Origin: Octopus sinensis
Lineage: Eukaryota
Direction of reading: 5' to 3'
Length of the DNA stretch: 64,000 nt
Assembly (NCBI RefSeq): GCF_006345805.1
Contig: NC_043015.1
Span: forward strand, 32,116,001 to 32,180,000
Shown here: positions 11,841 through 23,769 of the stretch, piece after piece
Layout: each line of letters begins with the position of its first letter
Position numbering within the stretch: position 1 is the first letter of the stretch
Program-made: the position numbers and the translations under genes
Notes under the pieces: generated by a model
What the model was told of the DNA's origin: nothing
Database searches by the model: none
The model's input: only the letters and a program-made list of their open reading frames with translations

Positions 11841-12053
11841 TGTATGAATTCCCGTGTGTAGAACACAAATTCATAAAAATATAAAAAGTTATGACGGGTT
11901 ATTTAAGGAGCTTAAACCAGAATTCTGCCCAATAGAAGATACAAGTTGAGTCTCTTTGAGTATTTGGTGCCTTCCTTCTCACTGAACATTTTTCATCTAA
12001 TGTTGCTAATAAATGAACTCACAATATGTTTTTAGTCTTCATCTTTTCTTATT

Positions 12054-12275
12054 ATGGCAATGAGCTGGCAGAATCGTTAGCACAATGGGCAAAATGCTTA
12101 GAATGATATTTCGTCCATCTCTATGTTCTGAGTTCAAATACTGCCGAGGTCAACTTTACCATTCATACTTTCGGGGTTCGATGAAATAAGTACCAGTTGA
12201 GCACTGGGGTCAAATTAATCAACCAGCCCTCACCCCTAAAATTTCAGGCCATGTGTCTATGGTAGAAATGATAAG
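12054..12275 (+). mobile_element. SINE family A
   Basis: Head and core match. Confidence 0.8.
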
Positions 12276-12782
12276 TGTAAATCCTCGTATATAATCTGCA
12301 TTTTTTACCCAAAATTTCAAGGTCAAAATCCCTAGTGCGTACTATATACGAGGTTAAAAATGAAAATTATTTTCTAAGCAATGTCCGAGTCTCTATTTGC
12401 TGTCCGGCAATGTTTATTCAGACGCATTTTGTGATGTCGGGCGCGAAAATACCTTAAGCTAAGCCTGAAAGCAATGAAGTCATAAAAGAATCCTTCATAA
12501 CTTGCAGTAAGCAACATTTATTAAACGTTATTACTGTTATTTCTTTATTTTCTGCAAACAAAATGCACAAAAAAGCTACACGTTTGCATTATGTTATATA
12601 TACAATAATAATAAAGGACGTTACTATATACAGTTTTACAAACCAAGGACGTTATATAGACCTCCTTGACTCAAGTTAGAGAAGGGGTGTGTATTATACA
12701 CAAGGTTTAGGTTTCTCAGAGGTACAGCTTCCTAAAAATCACCTGCGTATTATACTCAAGGGCGGACTATACTTAAGGTATT
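12276..12782. mobile_element. pogo/Tigger-like MITE
   Basis: Degenerate termini gtaaatcctcgtatataatc... / ...gggcggactatacttaagg and repeated GTATTATAC motifs. Confidence 0.5.
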
Positions 12783-12794
12783 AATTCTTTTCTT

Positions 12795-13005
12795 AAGGCA
12801 TTGAGTTGGCAGAATCATTAGCACGCTAGGCAAAATGCTTAGTGATATTTCATTTGTCTTTACATTCTGAGCTGAATTTTCACCAAGGTCGACTTTACCT
12901 TTCATGCTTTAGGGTCAATAAAATAAGTACCAGTTGATCACAGGGGTCAATGTAATCAACTTACCCCTGCTCCCAAAATTGCTGGCCCTGTGCCAAAATT
13001 TGAAA
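12795..13005 (+). mobile_element. SINE family A just upstream of the exon 3 acceptor
   Basis: Core match; explains the spurious N-terminus of ORF 12934. Confidence 0.8.
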
Positions 13006-13042
13006 CCATTATTAATTCTTTTCTTCTTCTTTCTTCCTCTAG

Positions 13043-13674
13043 GTGCCTACGAAAACCAAGGAATCGTTTTGTACAAACACATCTACTTCAACGCAACCTC
13101 ACAGACCTTCGGAGTTTGGATTTTCACCGTATTCTTTGTAGCAATAACATACGAAAGTCTAAAGTACATCTACAACTTATTATTTCCTCGACTGCATGTC
13201 CGCTGGGTGATGTTCGGTCTGTTTGCCATAAACATCTACCCTCATTATTATTCCTGGTGGTCCATATTCAACTACTTCAACGAAGATTTTTATCCATACT
13301 TCTACCACCACATCTACTTCATGGTCACCGAAATGGTTGTTACTGCTTTAGTCCTAAACATGTGTGACTCTCGCAATTCCGTCACCTTCAAGAAGATATT
13401 TTTCATCTTGTGCATTAGCACAATACACATCTTGCTCAGCGGAATGGACCAATTCATTACACACGTAATCTACGCGCATGGACGAACATTCCAAAACGTA
13501 CGAAATGTTGCTTTAATGGTTCCTGATTTGGCCCACTTCCTGGTGAGTTGTTGGAAGCTGGTAGAGTTATATCGTTCCAATGACTTGCCAGTCTCGGAAT
13601 ATGGCTATAAAGAAGGCATAGGGCTAGCATTTGTATTTATTTCTGTTGGGACAGTGTTTGGGAAATTTCTCTGA
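13043..13674 (+). CDS. Membrane protein, terminal coding exon 3
   Basis: Polypyrimidine ttcttcctctag|gt; (G)AYENQGIVLYKHIYFNATS...GTVFGKFL-TGA with ~6 hydrophobic segments; spliced total 903 nt = 300 aa + stop. Confidence 0.92.
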
Positions 13675-13703
13675 GAAATATCAGGTATTATGGAAAAATT
13701 TCA

Positions 13704-13738
<35 letters not shown>

Positions 13739-13771
13739 CTGAACTATTAGCACCAAGCAGTGTTTAGTCAC

Positions 13772-13987
13772 AAGCAAAGTTTAGGTTAGTTAAAATATGT
13801 TTCTAACCTATTTCAACTGCTAAAAGGCAAATCCGCTACAGATGCCATGGAGAAATTTTTTCTCTTCAGTTGCAGATTCACTTTTTTATCATAAGAGAAA
13901 AATATTTTCTATGGCATCTGTAGTGGGTTTGCCTTTTAGCAGTTGAAATAGGTTACAAACATATTTTAACTAACCTAAACTTTGCTT
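13772..13987. repeat. Hairpin MITE with 95-bp arms in the probable 3' UTR
   Basis: 13772-13866 versus 13893-13987: 7 mismatches, 26-nt loop. Confidence 0.92.
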
Positions 13988-14017
13988 ATATATATAAATA
14001 TATTAAAAATTTATAAC

Positions 14018-14250
14018 GCGTGGCGAGCTGGCAGAATCGTTAGCATGCCAGACAAAATGCTTAGCGGTATTTCGTCTGTCGTTACGTTCTGAGTTCAAAT
14101 TCCGCTGGGGTTGACTTTGCCTTTCATCCTTTCGGGGTCGATAAATGAAGTACCAGTTTCGCACTGGGGTCGATGTAATCGACTTAATCCCTTTGTCTGT
14201 CCTTGTTTGTTCCCTCTATGTTAAGCCCCTTGTGGGTAGTAAAGAAATAT
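14018..14250 (+). mobile_element. SINE family A, full length
   Basis: Head, core and tail match. Confidence 0.88.
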
Positions 14251-14668
14251 ATATATTAAAAATTTAGGGGTTAGAGGTTATGCAACTGTCTAAGGGATAA
14301 ATGTATCCGTAGGTACTACTGGTGTATTACCTACCTGTGTATAGGCCTTGCTATAAGGTTAACAGTAGTTGGTAATTTAAATGGTAAAACCATGGTTTAA
14401 TATATTCAGATAAGGGAAGAAATAGAGCTACAATTAAGAATTAGAAGTTGATTGTTGGTATTGAATGGTAATAGTTTAATTATAGTTAAAATAACATTTA
14501 CAGCTGTTTCAGTTTGTTATTTTTGAGGTCAGCTTCTAATTGTTAATTGTTGCTCCGTTTCTTTTATCTGTATATATATAATGAGGGAATATTATGCCAA
14601 ATTTACAGGGAAAAAATCAATTTAGAAATACTAAATCAAATTTCACAAAATGTAATATATATATATAT

Positions 14669-15050
14669 ACTCTTTTACTTGTTTCAATCATTTGACTGCG
14701 GCCATGCTGGAGCACCACCTTTAGTCGAGCAACTCGACCGCGGGGCTTATTCTTTTGTAAGCCCAGTACTTATTCTATCGGTCTCTTTTGCCGAACCGCT
14801 AAGTGACGGGAACATAAACACACCCGCATCAGTTGTCAAGCAATGCAAGGGGGACAAACACAGACACACACGCACACACATATATACGACGGGCTTCTTT
14901 CAGTTTCCGTCTACCAAATCCACTCACAAGGCTTTGGTCGGCTCGAGGCTATAGTAGAAGACACTTGACCAAGGTGCCACGCAGTGGGACTGAACCCAGA
15001 ACCATGTGGTTGGTAAGCAAGCTACTTACCACACAGCCACTCCTGCACCT
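14669..15050 (-). mobile_element. SINE family B, full length
   Basis: Reverse complement of the 11431-11840 type. Confidence 0.9.
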
Positions 15051-15359
15051 ATAAACATATCTATATATATATCATTAAAAAATCGACACAAGTTGTGGTG
15101 ACCCTAAAAGCTCATTTTAGTACAGACTGGATGTAAAATGATAGTGATGATGCATAAGAAGCTGGCAACCTATGTTAGAATCTCTTCTTTGATTGTATAT
15201 TTCCTTGTGTATCTCACTGCTTCTTTTTCTCCTGGGGTTTTAATCAACTGAAATTTCAAAGAGCTACAATGTCATCATCTCAGTACAAAAACTGCTCAAA
15301 CTGTAAAGTATTCAGTAGTCCTTCAGTTTAATGTTCATTTGTTTTTTGTATATAACTTG

Positions 15360-15585
15360 GGCACGTAAAAAGCACCATCCGACCGTGGCCGTTTGCCAGC
15401 CCGTCTGGCACGTAAAAAGCACCCACTACACTCACGGAGTGGTTGGCGTTAGGAAGGGCATCCAGCCGTAGAAACTCTGCCAGATCAGACTGGGCCTGGT
15501 GCAGCCTTCTGGCTTCCCAGACCCCAGTTGCACCGTCCAACCCATGCCAGCATGGAAAGCGGACGCTAAACTATGATGATGATGA
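15360..15585 (+). mobile_element. SINE family C
   Basis: Core and (GAT)n tail. Confidence 0.85.
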
Positions 15586-15780
15586 ACTTGACGTAAAAAG
15601 AGACATTTATATACCGTATATTTCCGCATATAAGACGAGCTTTAAATCCAGAAATTTACCTAAAAATTTTGGGGTTGTCTTATGCCACCATTCTAAAAAT
15701 CGAACTTTGAATTTTAAGTAATTTTATAAGTAAGCTAACTTTGAACTTAGTGCGATAACCACAGACATATGTGAACAGAT

Positions 15781-16050
15781 TCATCATCATCATCATCATT
15801 GATTAACGTCTGCTTTCCATGCTAGCATGGGTTGGACGGTTCGACTGGTGTCTGGGAAGCCAGGAGGCTGCACCAGGCTCCAGTCTGATCTGGCAGTGTT
15901 TCTACAGCTGGATGCCCTTCCTAACACCAACCACTCCGTGAGTGTAGTGGGTGCTTTTTACGTGCCACTGGCACAGGTGCCAGGTGAGGCTAGCAAACGG
16001 CCACGGTTGGTTGGTGCTTTTTAGGTGCCACCGGCACGGAGGCCAGTTGG
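15781..16050 (-). mobile_element. SINE family C
   Basis: (CAT)n plus reverse-complement core. Confidence 0.85.
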
Positions 16051-16119
16051 CAGGTGTCTACATACCTTTGGACTATAGATATATATATATATATATCCTT
16101 TAAAATGTTTTAGCCCGAA

Positions 16120-16298
16120 GGCCGTGGCCATGCTGGGGCACCACCGCTGAAAGAGTACAGCAGGGATCGCCACGACCCCCTGCCGGAGCTTTAGGTGTTT
16201 TCGCTCAATAAACACTCACAACACCCAGTCTGGGAATCGAAACCGCAATCGAAAGATCGCGAGTCCGTTACCTTGACCACTGGGCCATTGCGCTTCCA
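16120..16298 (-). mobile_element. SINE family D (head GCGCAATGGCCCAGTGGT), partial
   Basis: tRNA-like head homologous to 29583 and 42779. Confidence 0.8.
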
Positions 16299-16959
16299 CA
16301 AGGTGTCTACATACCTTTGGACTATATATATATATATATATATAGTCCAAAGGTATGTAGATACCTTGCATATATATAGTCTAGAAGCATCTAGACTCTT
16401 TGTGTATGTAACCCAGAAATGTTTAAAAGCCTTGTGAAGTTGTTCTTTAGACCAGTCAAGCAAGGATTAATTACCTTTTGAAGTATTTGTTAAGAACTCA
16501 TTCTAACGTGACATTTAGTATATTTTTGTAAGACTTTTATTTCGTGTTTGATATTTTTTAAGTGTACAGTATTCATTTCTACATTATAGTCTAGAAACAT
16601 CTGGTTCCTTGTGTATATAATCCAGAAACATGGAGACATCTTGCATGTGTATATAGACCAGAAACTTTAGACTTTTTATGCATATACACAAGGAGTTTAG
16701 AAACATCCAGAGTTGTATCTCAGTGAAATTATTAAAATAATATTAGAAAAGACAAAAAAAGAGCTCTTGTTGTCATTTCTTCAATACATAATTATAATTA
16801 CATTGTTAAGTTCACTACTTTAAATGTATTTACATTAACTTAAACTATATTTATATCAGATTTATCCTCAACGGTTGACTTTCACTATTTTCAATTATTT
16901 GCATGCATTTTACTGAATTTGTCATATTTTACAGATTTTGACATGTAAGTTGACACCAT

Positions 16960-17480
16960 AGGTACAGACACAGCTTTGTGGTAAGAGGTTTACTTCCCAA
17001 CCACATGGTTCTGAGTTCAGTCCCACTGCATAGCACCTAGGTAAGTGTCTCCTATGATGGCCTCAGGCCAACAAAGCCCTGTGAGTTGATTTGGTAGACG
17101 GAAACTGAAACAGCCCATCGTGAGAGTGTGTGTATGTCTTTGATGTAATCTCCAGGGATACAGACATCCAGCAACAGGACTTCCGTAATGCCATGATGGA
17201 CCGTGAAGTCTGGCATAGCATGGTAAATTCCATTGTCTCGACCACGGTCGAACAATAATGATGATGATGTCTTTGATTGATTGTCTTCCACTAACGCTTA
17301 ACAATGTGTTGGTGTGTTTACATCCTCATAACTTAGCAGTTCAGCAAAAGAGAGCGATAGAATAAATACCAGACTTACAAAACAAAAAGTACTGGAGCGG
17401 TCCATTCAACTAAAAATTCTTCAAGGCAGTGCCCCAGCATGGCCACAATCTAATGCCTGAAATGAGTAAAAGGCCAAAGA
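16960..17480 (+). mobile_element. SINE family B interrupted by an RTE 3' end (17140-17270)
   Basis: Insert encodes ...QQQDFRNAMMDREVWHSMVNSIVSTTVEQ* and ends in (GAT)n. Confidence 0.7.
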
Positions 17481-18084
17481 TAATCCTTTAATTATAAAAT
17501 AAACATAAAAACCAACAAAGGACAATGTGCAGAAAAATAGATTTTATTTGCTAAATTTACAGAGAATCTCAGGGAGAGGGAAAAAAAAACAAACATAGTA
17601 AAGGTTTTCTTAGTAAAACTTATCTCAAGGAAGCAAATACAGATTTTTCTCTCCTAATAATAAAGAGAGAGAAAAAAAAGTGGGGAGGAGAAAGAGTCAA
17701 CTGGCTCAGTGTAGAAGGAAAGGAAATGGTGTTTGTCTTAGTCATGACAAGGTAGGAACTAAAAAGCAATGAGATACTGAAGAAGGAAATGCTAATGAAC
17801 CAAAAACAGGTTCTTACAGCACTGAGCCAACTCCACTGTTCTACATGTGGAAAATATTGGATTAATTTTTCAAGCATAAAATTGGTATATTTTTGGGTTT
17901 TTCTTTTTTTGTAAAGAAAAATACAGTGTACTAGATGAACACCTGACTATTACTGTATTTTTCTAATTTATGATTGTATCCATTCCAGAGGGCCAAAGTT
18001 ACCATTTTTGATGGCTTGTAGCAAAATAGCATAGTCTTTACAATGTTCACCATCAGTAAGAAAGGAAGGAAGAGCAAGTATCGA

Positions 18085-18800
18085 AAAATTTGCAGTTCTT
18101 AGTTCAAATTCTATCAGTATTGACACTGATATTTATTTCTCTGTCAAGTGTTGGGATTCAAGATGAGAAATACCAATAATAAACTGCAGTGGGGTGAGTA
18201 AATTTCTCTAACCGAAGATCTCACCTTACCTACAAAACTGCAGTCCTGTGTTAATACTAGACCGGTACTTTATTTTATCAACCCTGGCAGGATGAAAGGC
18301 AAAGCTGACTTTGGTGAGATTTGAACTCAGAATGTAAAGAGCTGTAACAAATGTCATTAAACATTTTGCCTGACATTAACAATTCTGTCAATTCACCGTA
18401 ATAATAATAATAATCCTCTCTACTAAAGGCATAAGGCCTGAAATTTTGGGGTTGGGGCTAGTTGATTATATTAACCCCAGTACATAACTAGTAATCACTT
18501 CATCGGGCCCCAAAAGGATGAAAAGCAAAGTTGACCTTGGCATACCGCTAACGATTCTGCCAGCTTGTTACCTTAATAATAATGATTTCAAATTAAGGCA
18601 CAAGGCCAGCAATTTTGGGGAGGGGTGTAAGTCGATTGCATTGACCCCAGTAATCAACTGGTACTTATTTTATCAACCCCCAAAGGATGAAAGGCAAAGT
18701 CAACCTCAATAGAATTTGAGCTCAGAACTTGAAGACAGATGAAATGCCGCTAAGAATTTTGTCCTGTCTCTTAACGATTCTGTCAGCTCGCTGCCTTCTT
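18085..18800. mobile_element. Cluster of four diverged SINE family A copies
   Basis: One + partial copy followed by three - copies. Confidence 0.7.
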
Positions 18801-20134
18801 AATAATAATAATAATAATAATAATGAGAAGTAGAAGAAGAATGATGAGTACTTTTTTAATATTTCTGAGTTATCATTTTTATGCTTGTGTATTCTACGGT
18901 ATAGAAGTACCCTAGATAAAGTGACTAGTAGGGTGTTCACGAGGACTCGAAAGCTGTGAGTTTGTGTACAGCCCCAAAGGCCTGGCAGTCATACATTTGT
19001 CTATAAACGTTACTCAACAAAAGAAATTGGAAGCTCAAATTAGTCAAGCAGATAACATATTGGCTTTTTAGTTAATAGCTCAGGAGTTCAAATCCTGCAT
19101 CAGGCAGTGGTATCACATGCTGTTTATAAATCAAGGGTCACATCTAAATGTTTTGTTTTGCTTTTCATTTTTTTTTCTGCTGTGGTTCCATCATTTAAGC
19201 TGCTTAACTTCAGATAATTTTTTTTTTTAAGCTAAAGGACATCAGTGATGATGTAGGTCTGAAGGAGGGTTTGCAGAACTTCTTGTCAAATGAAGGATGG
19301 ATGAGGAGAGAGAGAAATAGGTTGTTGATCCACAGTTTCAAGCTGTCTTCTCTGTGTTTTTCAGGGTCTGCTCCCCTGATTCGACAAACTTTTCTCATCT
19401 TCTCATACATTGTGTCTCAGCATTTACACTTTTTAACTAAATACATTATACAATCCTTCCTTCCCTAAACTTGCCTCCACCTGGAACTTTCGTCCTCGTC
19501 AACAGTAACCACATTAATTGCAATTAATTATTCTTTACTGATTAGTCAAAAGGAACCAAAACAGGTTGTTTCTTCCCCCTTCACCCAGATCAATGAATAA
19601 AAAAAAAGTTTTTTTTCTTTCTGTTTCATTTATATGTTTTTTGTACAATTCTTCTGCCACTTAACTGATACCATGTGAAACCCTAACCCCCACTGCCCAC
19701 CAATCCACCCTCAACCACAAACCTACATCATCTAAACTGAACATCAAATCACAATAACTTCATTTGCAAAAAAACTATGGGCTCCGTGCCACCCCACCCC
19801 TGACTAATGGTTAAAAAAACACACACGTATAAGTATAATAATGCTCATGTGTGTGTGTGTCGGGTGTGCATAGCTGTACTAAATGTTCTCAGAAACTATA
19901 GATCACTCACTGCAGGGGTTGGGTGGGTTAGCGGAGGGGGGGGGGAAGGTATAAAGATATGTTTTAAGTAAATAAGAAAAAAAAAAAAAAGAAAAAAGAA
20001 AAAGGAAAAGAAAAAGGAAAAAAAAAATGGCTTCCAATGAGATTCTATTCTAGTGTGTAGACTAGACCGAATGGTCTAAATGTGGTTGACTTGTTGGGGT
20101 GGTGGAAATTTGGTGGCATCTCCAAAAGAGCCGC

Positions 20135-20216
20135 TCAAGAGTTGAAAGTTAACAGTCCAGCATCAACAAGCTTCCTTACTTTCTTCCGCAGTTCAGCATC
20201 CCCTTGGTGTAACATA
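20135..20216 (-). CDS. STI1-like domain protein, terminal exon 6
   Basis: Acceptor ccactcctcag|t; (S)MLHQGDAELRKKVRKLVDAGLLTFNS-TGA; six exons total 1503 nt = 500 aa + stop. Confidence 0.88.
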
Positions 20217-20325
20217 CTGAGGAGTGGTGCAAAAAACGAAAAAGAGAAAAAGAGTTTTTTTATTTTTGAAAAGAACACCAAAACAAAAAAAAAAAAATAC
20301 TTAACATTATATAAAACAAATATAG

Positions 20326-20485
20326 AGGGTGGGCCAAATGTCATGCACCAAAACATTTGACATTTTTATTATTATAACAAATATTATAACAATGCTAAAA
20401 ATATTATAACAAAATTTTTATTATTATAACAAATATACAGGGTGGGCCAAAAGTTATGCACCAAAACATTTGACATTTTCATTAC
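20326..20485. mobile_element. Two tandem Tc1/pogo-like terminal fragments
   Basis: TAtagagggtgggccaaatgtcatgcacc and TAtacagggtgggccaaaagttatgcacc. Confidence 0.45.
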
Positions 20486-20659
20486 CATTATTATTGAGTG
20501 AGAGAGCAGTGCATGCCATGAAAGTGACACTGGGGTAAAAATATACGAAGCTCAGCATACCCATCACAACTACCGTCTGATAAGGGTACACTAAGCACAT
20601 GCATCACAACCACGTACGCGACATGGTGATCTCATATCAAAATAAACAGCGCATGATGA

Positions 20660-20970
20660 CAACGCCACCGCCGAACTATCTTCCCAATCAGCCTTCCTTT
20701 CATAGTGCTGCACCTCTTATGTGTCCATAGCTTACACTGGGTACATCTTATGGAGTTTCTACCTACACCTTTTCTACAGATCGAGCAGGGCCACCTACCT
20801 GAAGGGGTGTGTGGTGTGTTTGCCTTCCTACTTACTAGAACTTTGGTCTTTGCTACATTGACTCTAAGGCCTTTTGATTCTAAACCTAGCTTCCACACCC
20901 GAAATTTCTTCTCTAGTTCCGGTAGTGATTCTGCTATGAGGGCTAGCTCATCAGCATAGAGGAGATATGA
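20660..20970 (-). mobile_element. RTE LINE RT fragment with Cys/His cluster
   Basis: LLYADELALIAES...GLRVNVAKTKVL...CSICRKGVGRNSIRCTQCKLWTHKRCS (YADD motif mutated to YADE). Confidence 0.9.
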
Positions 20971-22076
20971 CAAGCTTCTTTCAGTTTCCATCTACGAAAT
21001 CCATTCACAAGAATTTAGTCGGCCTGAGGCTATAGTAGAAGACACTTGCCCAAGGTGCCATGCAGTGGGACTGAATCTGGAACCATGAGACTTACCACAC
21101 AGCCGCTATATAAATGATGTAAATGTGTGTGCTGTTGTTGGCCCACCGTTCACTGCTTGGCAACTGGTGTTAGTTTGTGTTCCTGTAACACAGGAGTTTG
21201 GCAACAGAGGCTGTTAGAATAAGTAGTAGGCTTGCTCCAAAATAAGTATCGGGAGGTGGAATGATTTGTTCAACTGGAACCCTCCAAGGTGGCACCCCAG
21301 CATGGCTCCAGTCCAATGACTGAAACAAGTAAAAGATAAATCCTATTTGTTAGGCCCAACATGCTACTCAATTTAACAGCACCATCAGCTGACCCGTGGG
21401 TGCTTTTAGCAGAGTTCGCTCTGTTGTTGAGTATTTGGACTAAGACTGTCCCTCCTCCATCTCATGCACTTTTTTCTTTACAGATGCTTAGACTGGGCAA
21501 TATCAACCTCACCAGTCAACAAGGGGTTGGGAAACACACGGTCATTGTCCCTTCCCTTCTGATTAAATTATAAAAGGAAAGATTTGCTTCCCAGCCACAT
21601 GATTCTGGGTTCAGCCTTGTGAATGGATTTGGTAGATGGAAACTGAAAGAAGCCCATCATATATATATATAATCAAAATAAGCAACAAGGATATCCAAGG
21701 TAGTGTAGTACAATTGTTTCATGCTACTTCATTTTATTAAACACTGTAAGTATTACATCAGTTTTAAAATGTCGAGCAATCTTCAGCCACATATAGAATT
21801 TTTTAATTAAACGGACAATACACATTCTTATACTTATATATATATATATGTACATTTTGTCCCCCTATCACTGCTTGACAACTGGTATTAGTGTGTTTAT
21901 GTCTCTGTAACTTAGCAGTTCAGCAAGAGAGACTGATAGAATAAGTACCATTCTTTGGAAAAAAAAAAATACTGGGGTTGATAAATTCAACAAAAAATTC
22001 AAGGTGGTGCCCCAGCATGGCCACAACCTAACAATCGAAACAGAAGATAGAAGATAAAGACACAAAAACCACCAAC

Positions 22077-22365
22077 CTTTGGGCTCTTTCAGGATTTTGA
22101 CTTTGCATTGCAATCACTTCTTGGACCTTCTTGTCGACGAGGGCTTCCCGGATTTCAGGATCAGTAAGCAGGTCCTGCATTCTATGCTCGTTGTCCATGT
22201 AAGCAGAAGACAAGTGGTTGAGAGAAGCAGAGGAAGAGGCAGCCTCGCCACTGGAGGTGGAGGAAGAGGAGGAGGGAGCAGCCACATCCTGAAGGGGCGT
22301 GGCTGCTGCCAAATTACACGGCTTGTGAGTGCCGTCTTTCTTGTCCAACTTCAAGAGATGGTCAC
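22077..22365 (-). CDS. STI1-like domain protein, exon 5
   Basis: Acceptor tttcttttctcag|gt; (G)DHLLKL...MQDLLTDPEIREALVDKKVQEVIAMQSQNPERAQ; donor ag|gttggt (phase 2). Confidence 0.88.
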
Positions 22366-22399
22366 CTGAGAAAAGAAAAAAAAATCATTAACCACTACC

Positions 22400-22797
22400 T
22401 ATTTCATTACTGCCCGCAAGGGGCTAAACAAGGACAGACAAACGGATTAAGTCGATTATATCAACCCCAGTGCATAACTGGTACTTATTTAATCGACTCC
22501 GAAAGGATGAAAGGCAAAGTCAACCTCAGCGGAATTTGAGCTCAGAATGTAACAGCAGATAAAATACCTGTTTCTTTATTACCCACAAGGGGCTAAACAC
22601 GGGGAGGACAAACAAGGACAGACAAATGGATTAAGTCGATTATATCGACCCCAGTGTGTAACTGGTAATTATTTTATTTGACTCCGAAAGGATGAAAGAC
22701 AAAGTCGACCTCAGCGGAATTTGAGCTCAGAATGTAGCGGCAGACGAAATACCTCTAAGCATTTCGCCCGGCGTGCTAACGTTTCTGCCAGCTCGCC
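22400..22797 (-). mobile_element. SINE family A with tandem core units
   Basis: Repeated reverse-complement core. Confidence 0.85.
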
Positions 22798-23039
22798 AAG
22801 TTAACCACCACCACTACCATCAACTTCACCATCAATTCCTCCATCATCACCATGCTTACTACTATTTCAAAAGTCATTGTTTGTATCTTTTTGTAATAAT
22901 AATCCTTACTATAACCATTTTCATCATCATCATCACTACACCACCCACATCATCATCATCATCATTAGTATGATAGTAAAAGATGCTCAATGTAGTGATT
23001 GGATTTTCTCATTGCAGCAGACTAATCTTCCTCAACACT

Positions 23040-23340
23040 CACTTCATCACCATTTAACATATTCTTCATGCTGGCATGATTTGGACAGTTTGACAGGAGC
23101 TGGCCGACCAGAGGACTGTGCCAAACTCTAATGCCTGCTTTTGGCAATGGTTTCTACAGCTGGATGCTTTTCTCAATGCCAACCATTTCACAGATTGTAC
23201 TGGGTGCTTTTTTTTACATGACACCAGGGCACCAGTGCAGTCACCAAGTAACTTTCAGAGCAAAGACCCCTCAGCTGAGAGGGTCAGTGATATTAAGGGA
23301 GGTGGCTTTGTGCCAGGTGGTGAGAGGTTAAACAATGATG
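23040..23340 (-). mobile_element. SINE family C, diverged
   Basis: Reverse-complement core. Confidence 0.7.
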
Positions 23341-23769
23341 GAGGGACAGAAACAGGTGTCTTGCTGTAGAGGGAATACGTGACTACCTCAGCTGGGAAAA
23401 AAAAAAGGAGAAAAGAGAGAAAGATGGTGGTGAAGATGTGTAGGGACACACCCTCAAAGTACAGGGAAAGGAATTAACAACAACAAGTTATGTCATACAA
23501 TTTAAGTCATGGATTTTAGGACAGCATGTCTATATTAAAGGCAGGCATGATGGTCAATTATGGATTGAAACACCGATGACTGTACCTGTTATTCAAAGGG
23601 ATAACTTTGTCACACACTGTATAATGCTGACTCTGCCTGCAGATTATATTAAGGGAAATCTGATCTTTGGATGTGGAGTCTCATGGAGGTGATGACAAGT
23701 GACCAACACTGTTGGGAATTTGCTGTGCTTGAGAAATCAAGCTTAGTGAAATCATAGTTGTCACCAGTG

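Noticed and set aside
12934-13042. N-terminal part of the 246-aa ORF
   Set aside because: SINE-derived and intronic; the exon starts at 13043.
19210-19410. Extra 3' exon of the STI1-like gene
   Set aside because: It lies after the in-frame stop at 20135 and looks like decayed LINE sequence.
21716-21786. Hammerhead-like core (CTGAAGA...GAAAC on the - strand)
   Set aside because: T-T at the first stem II pair, an oversized loop and no stem III partner; at most a dead relic.
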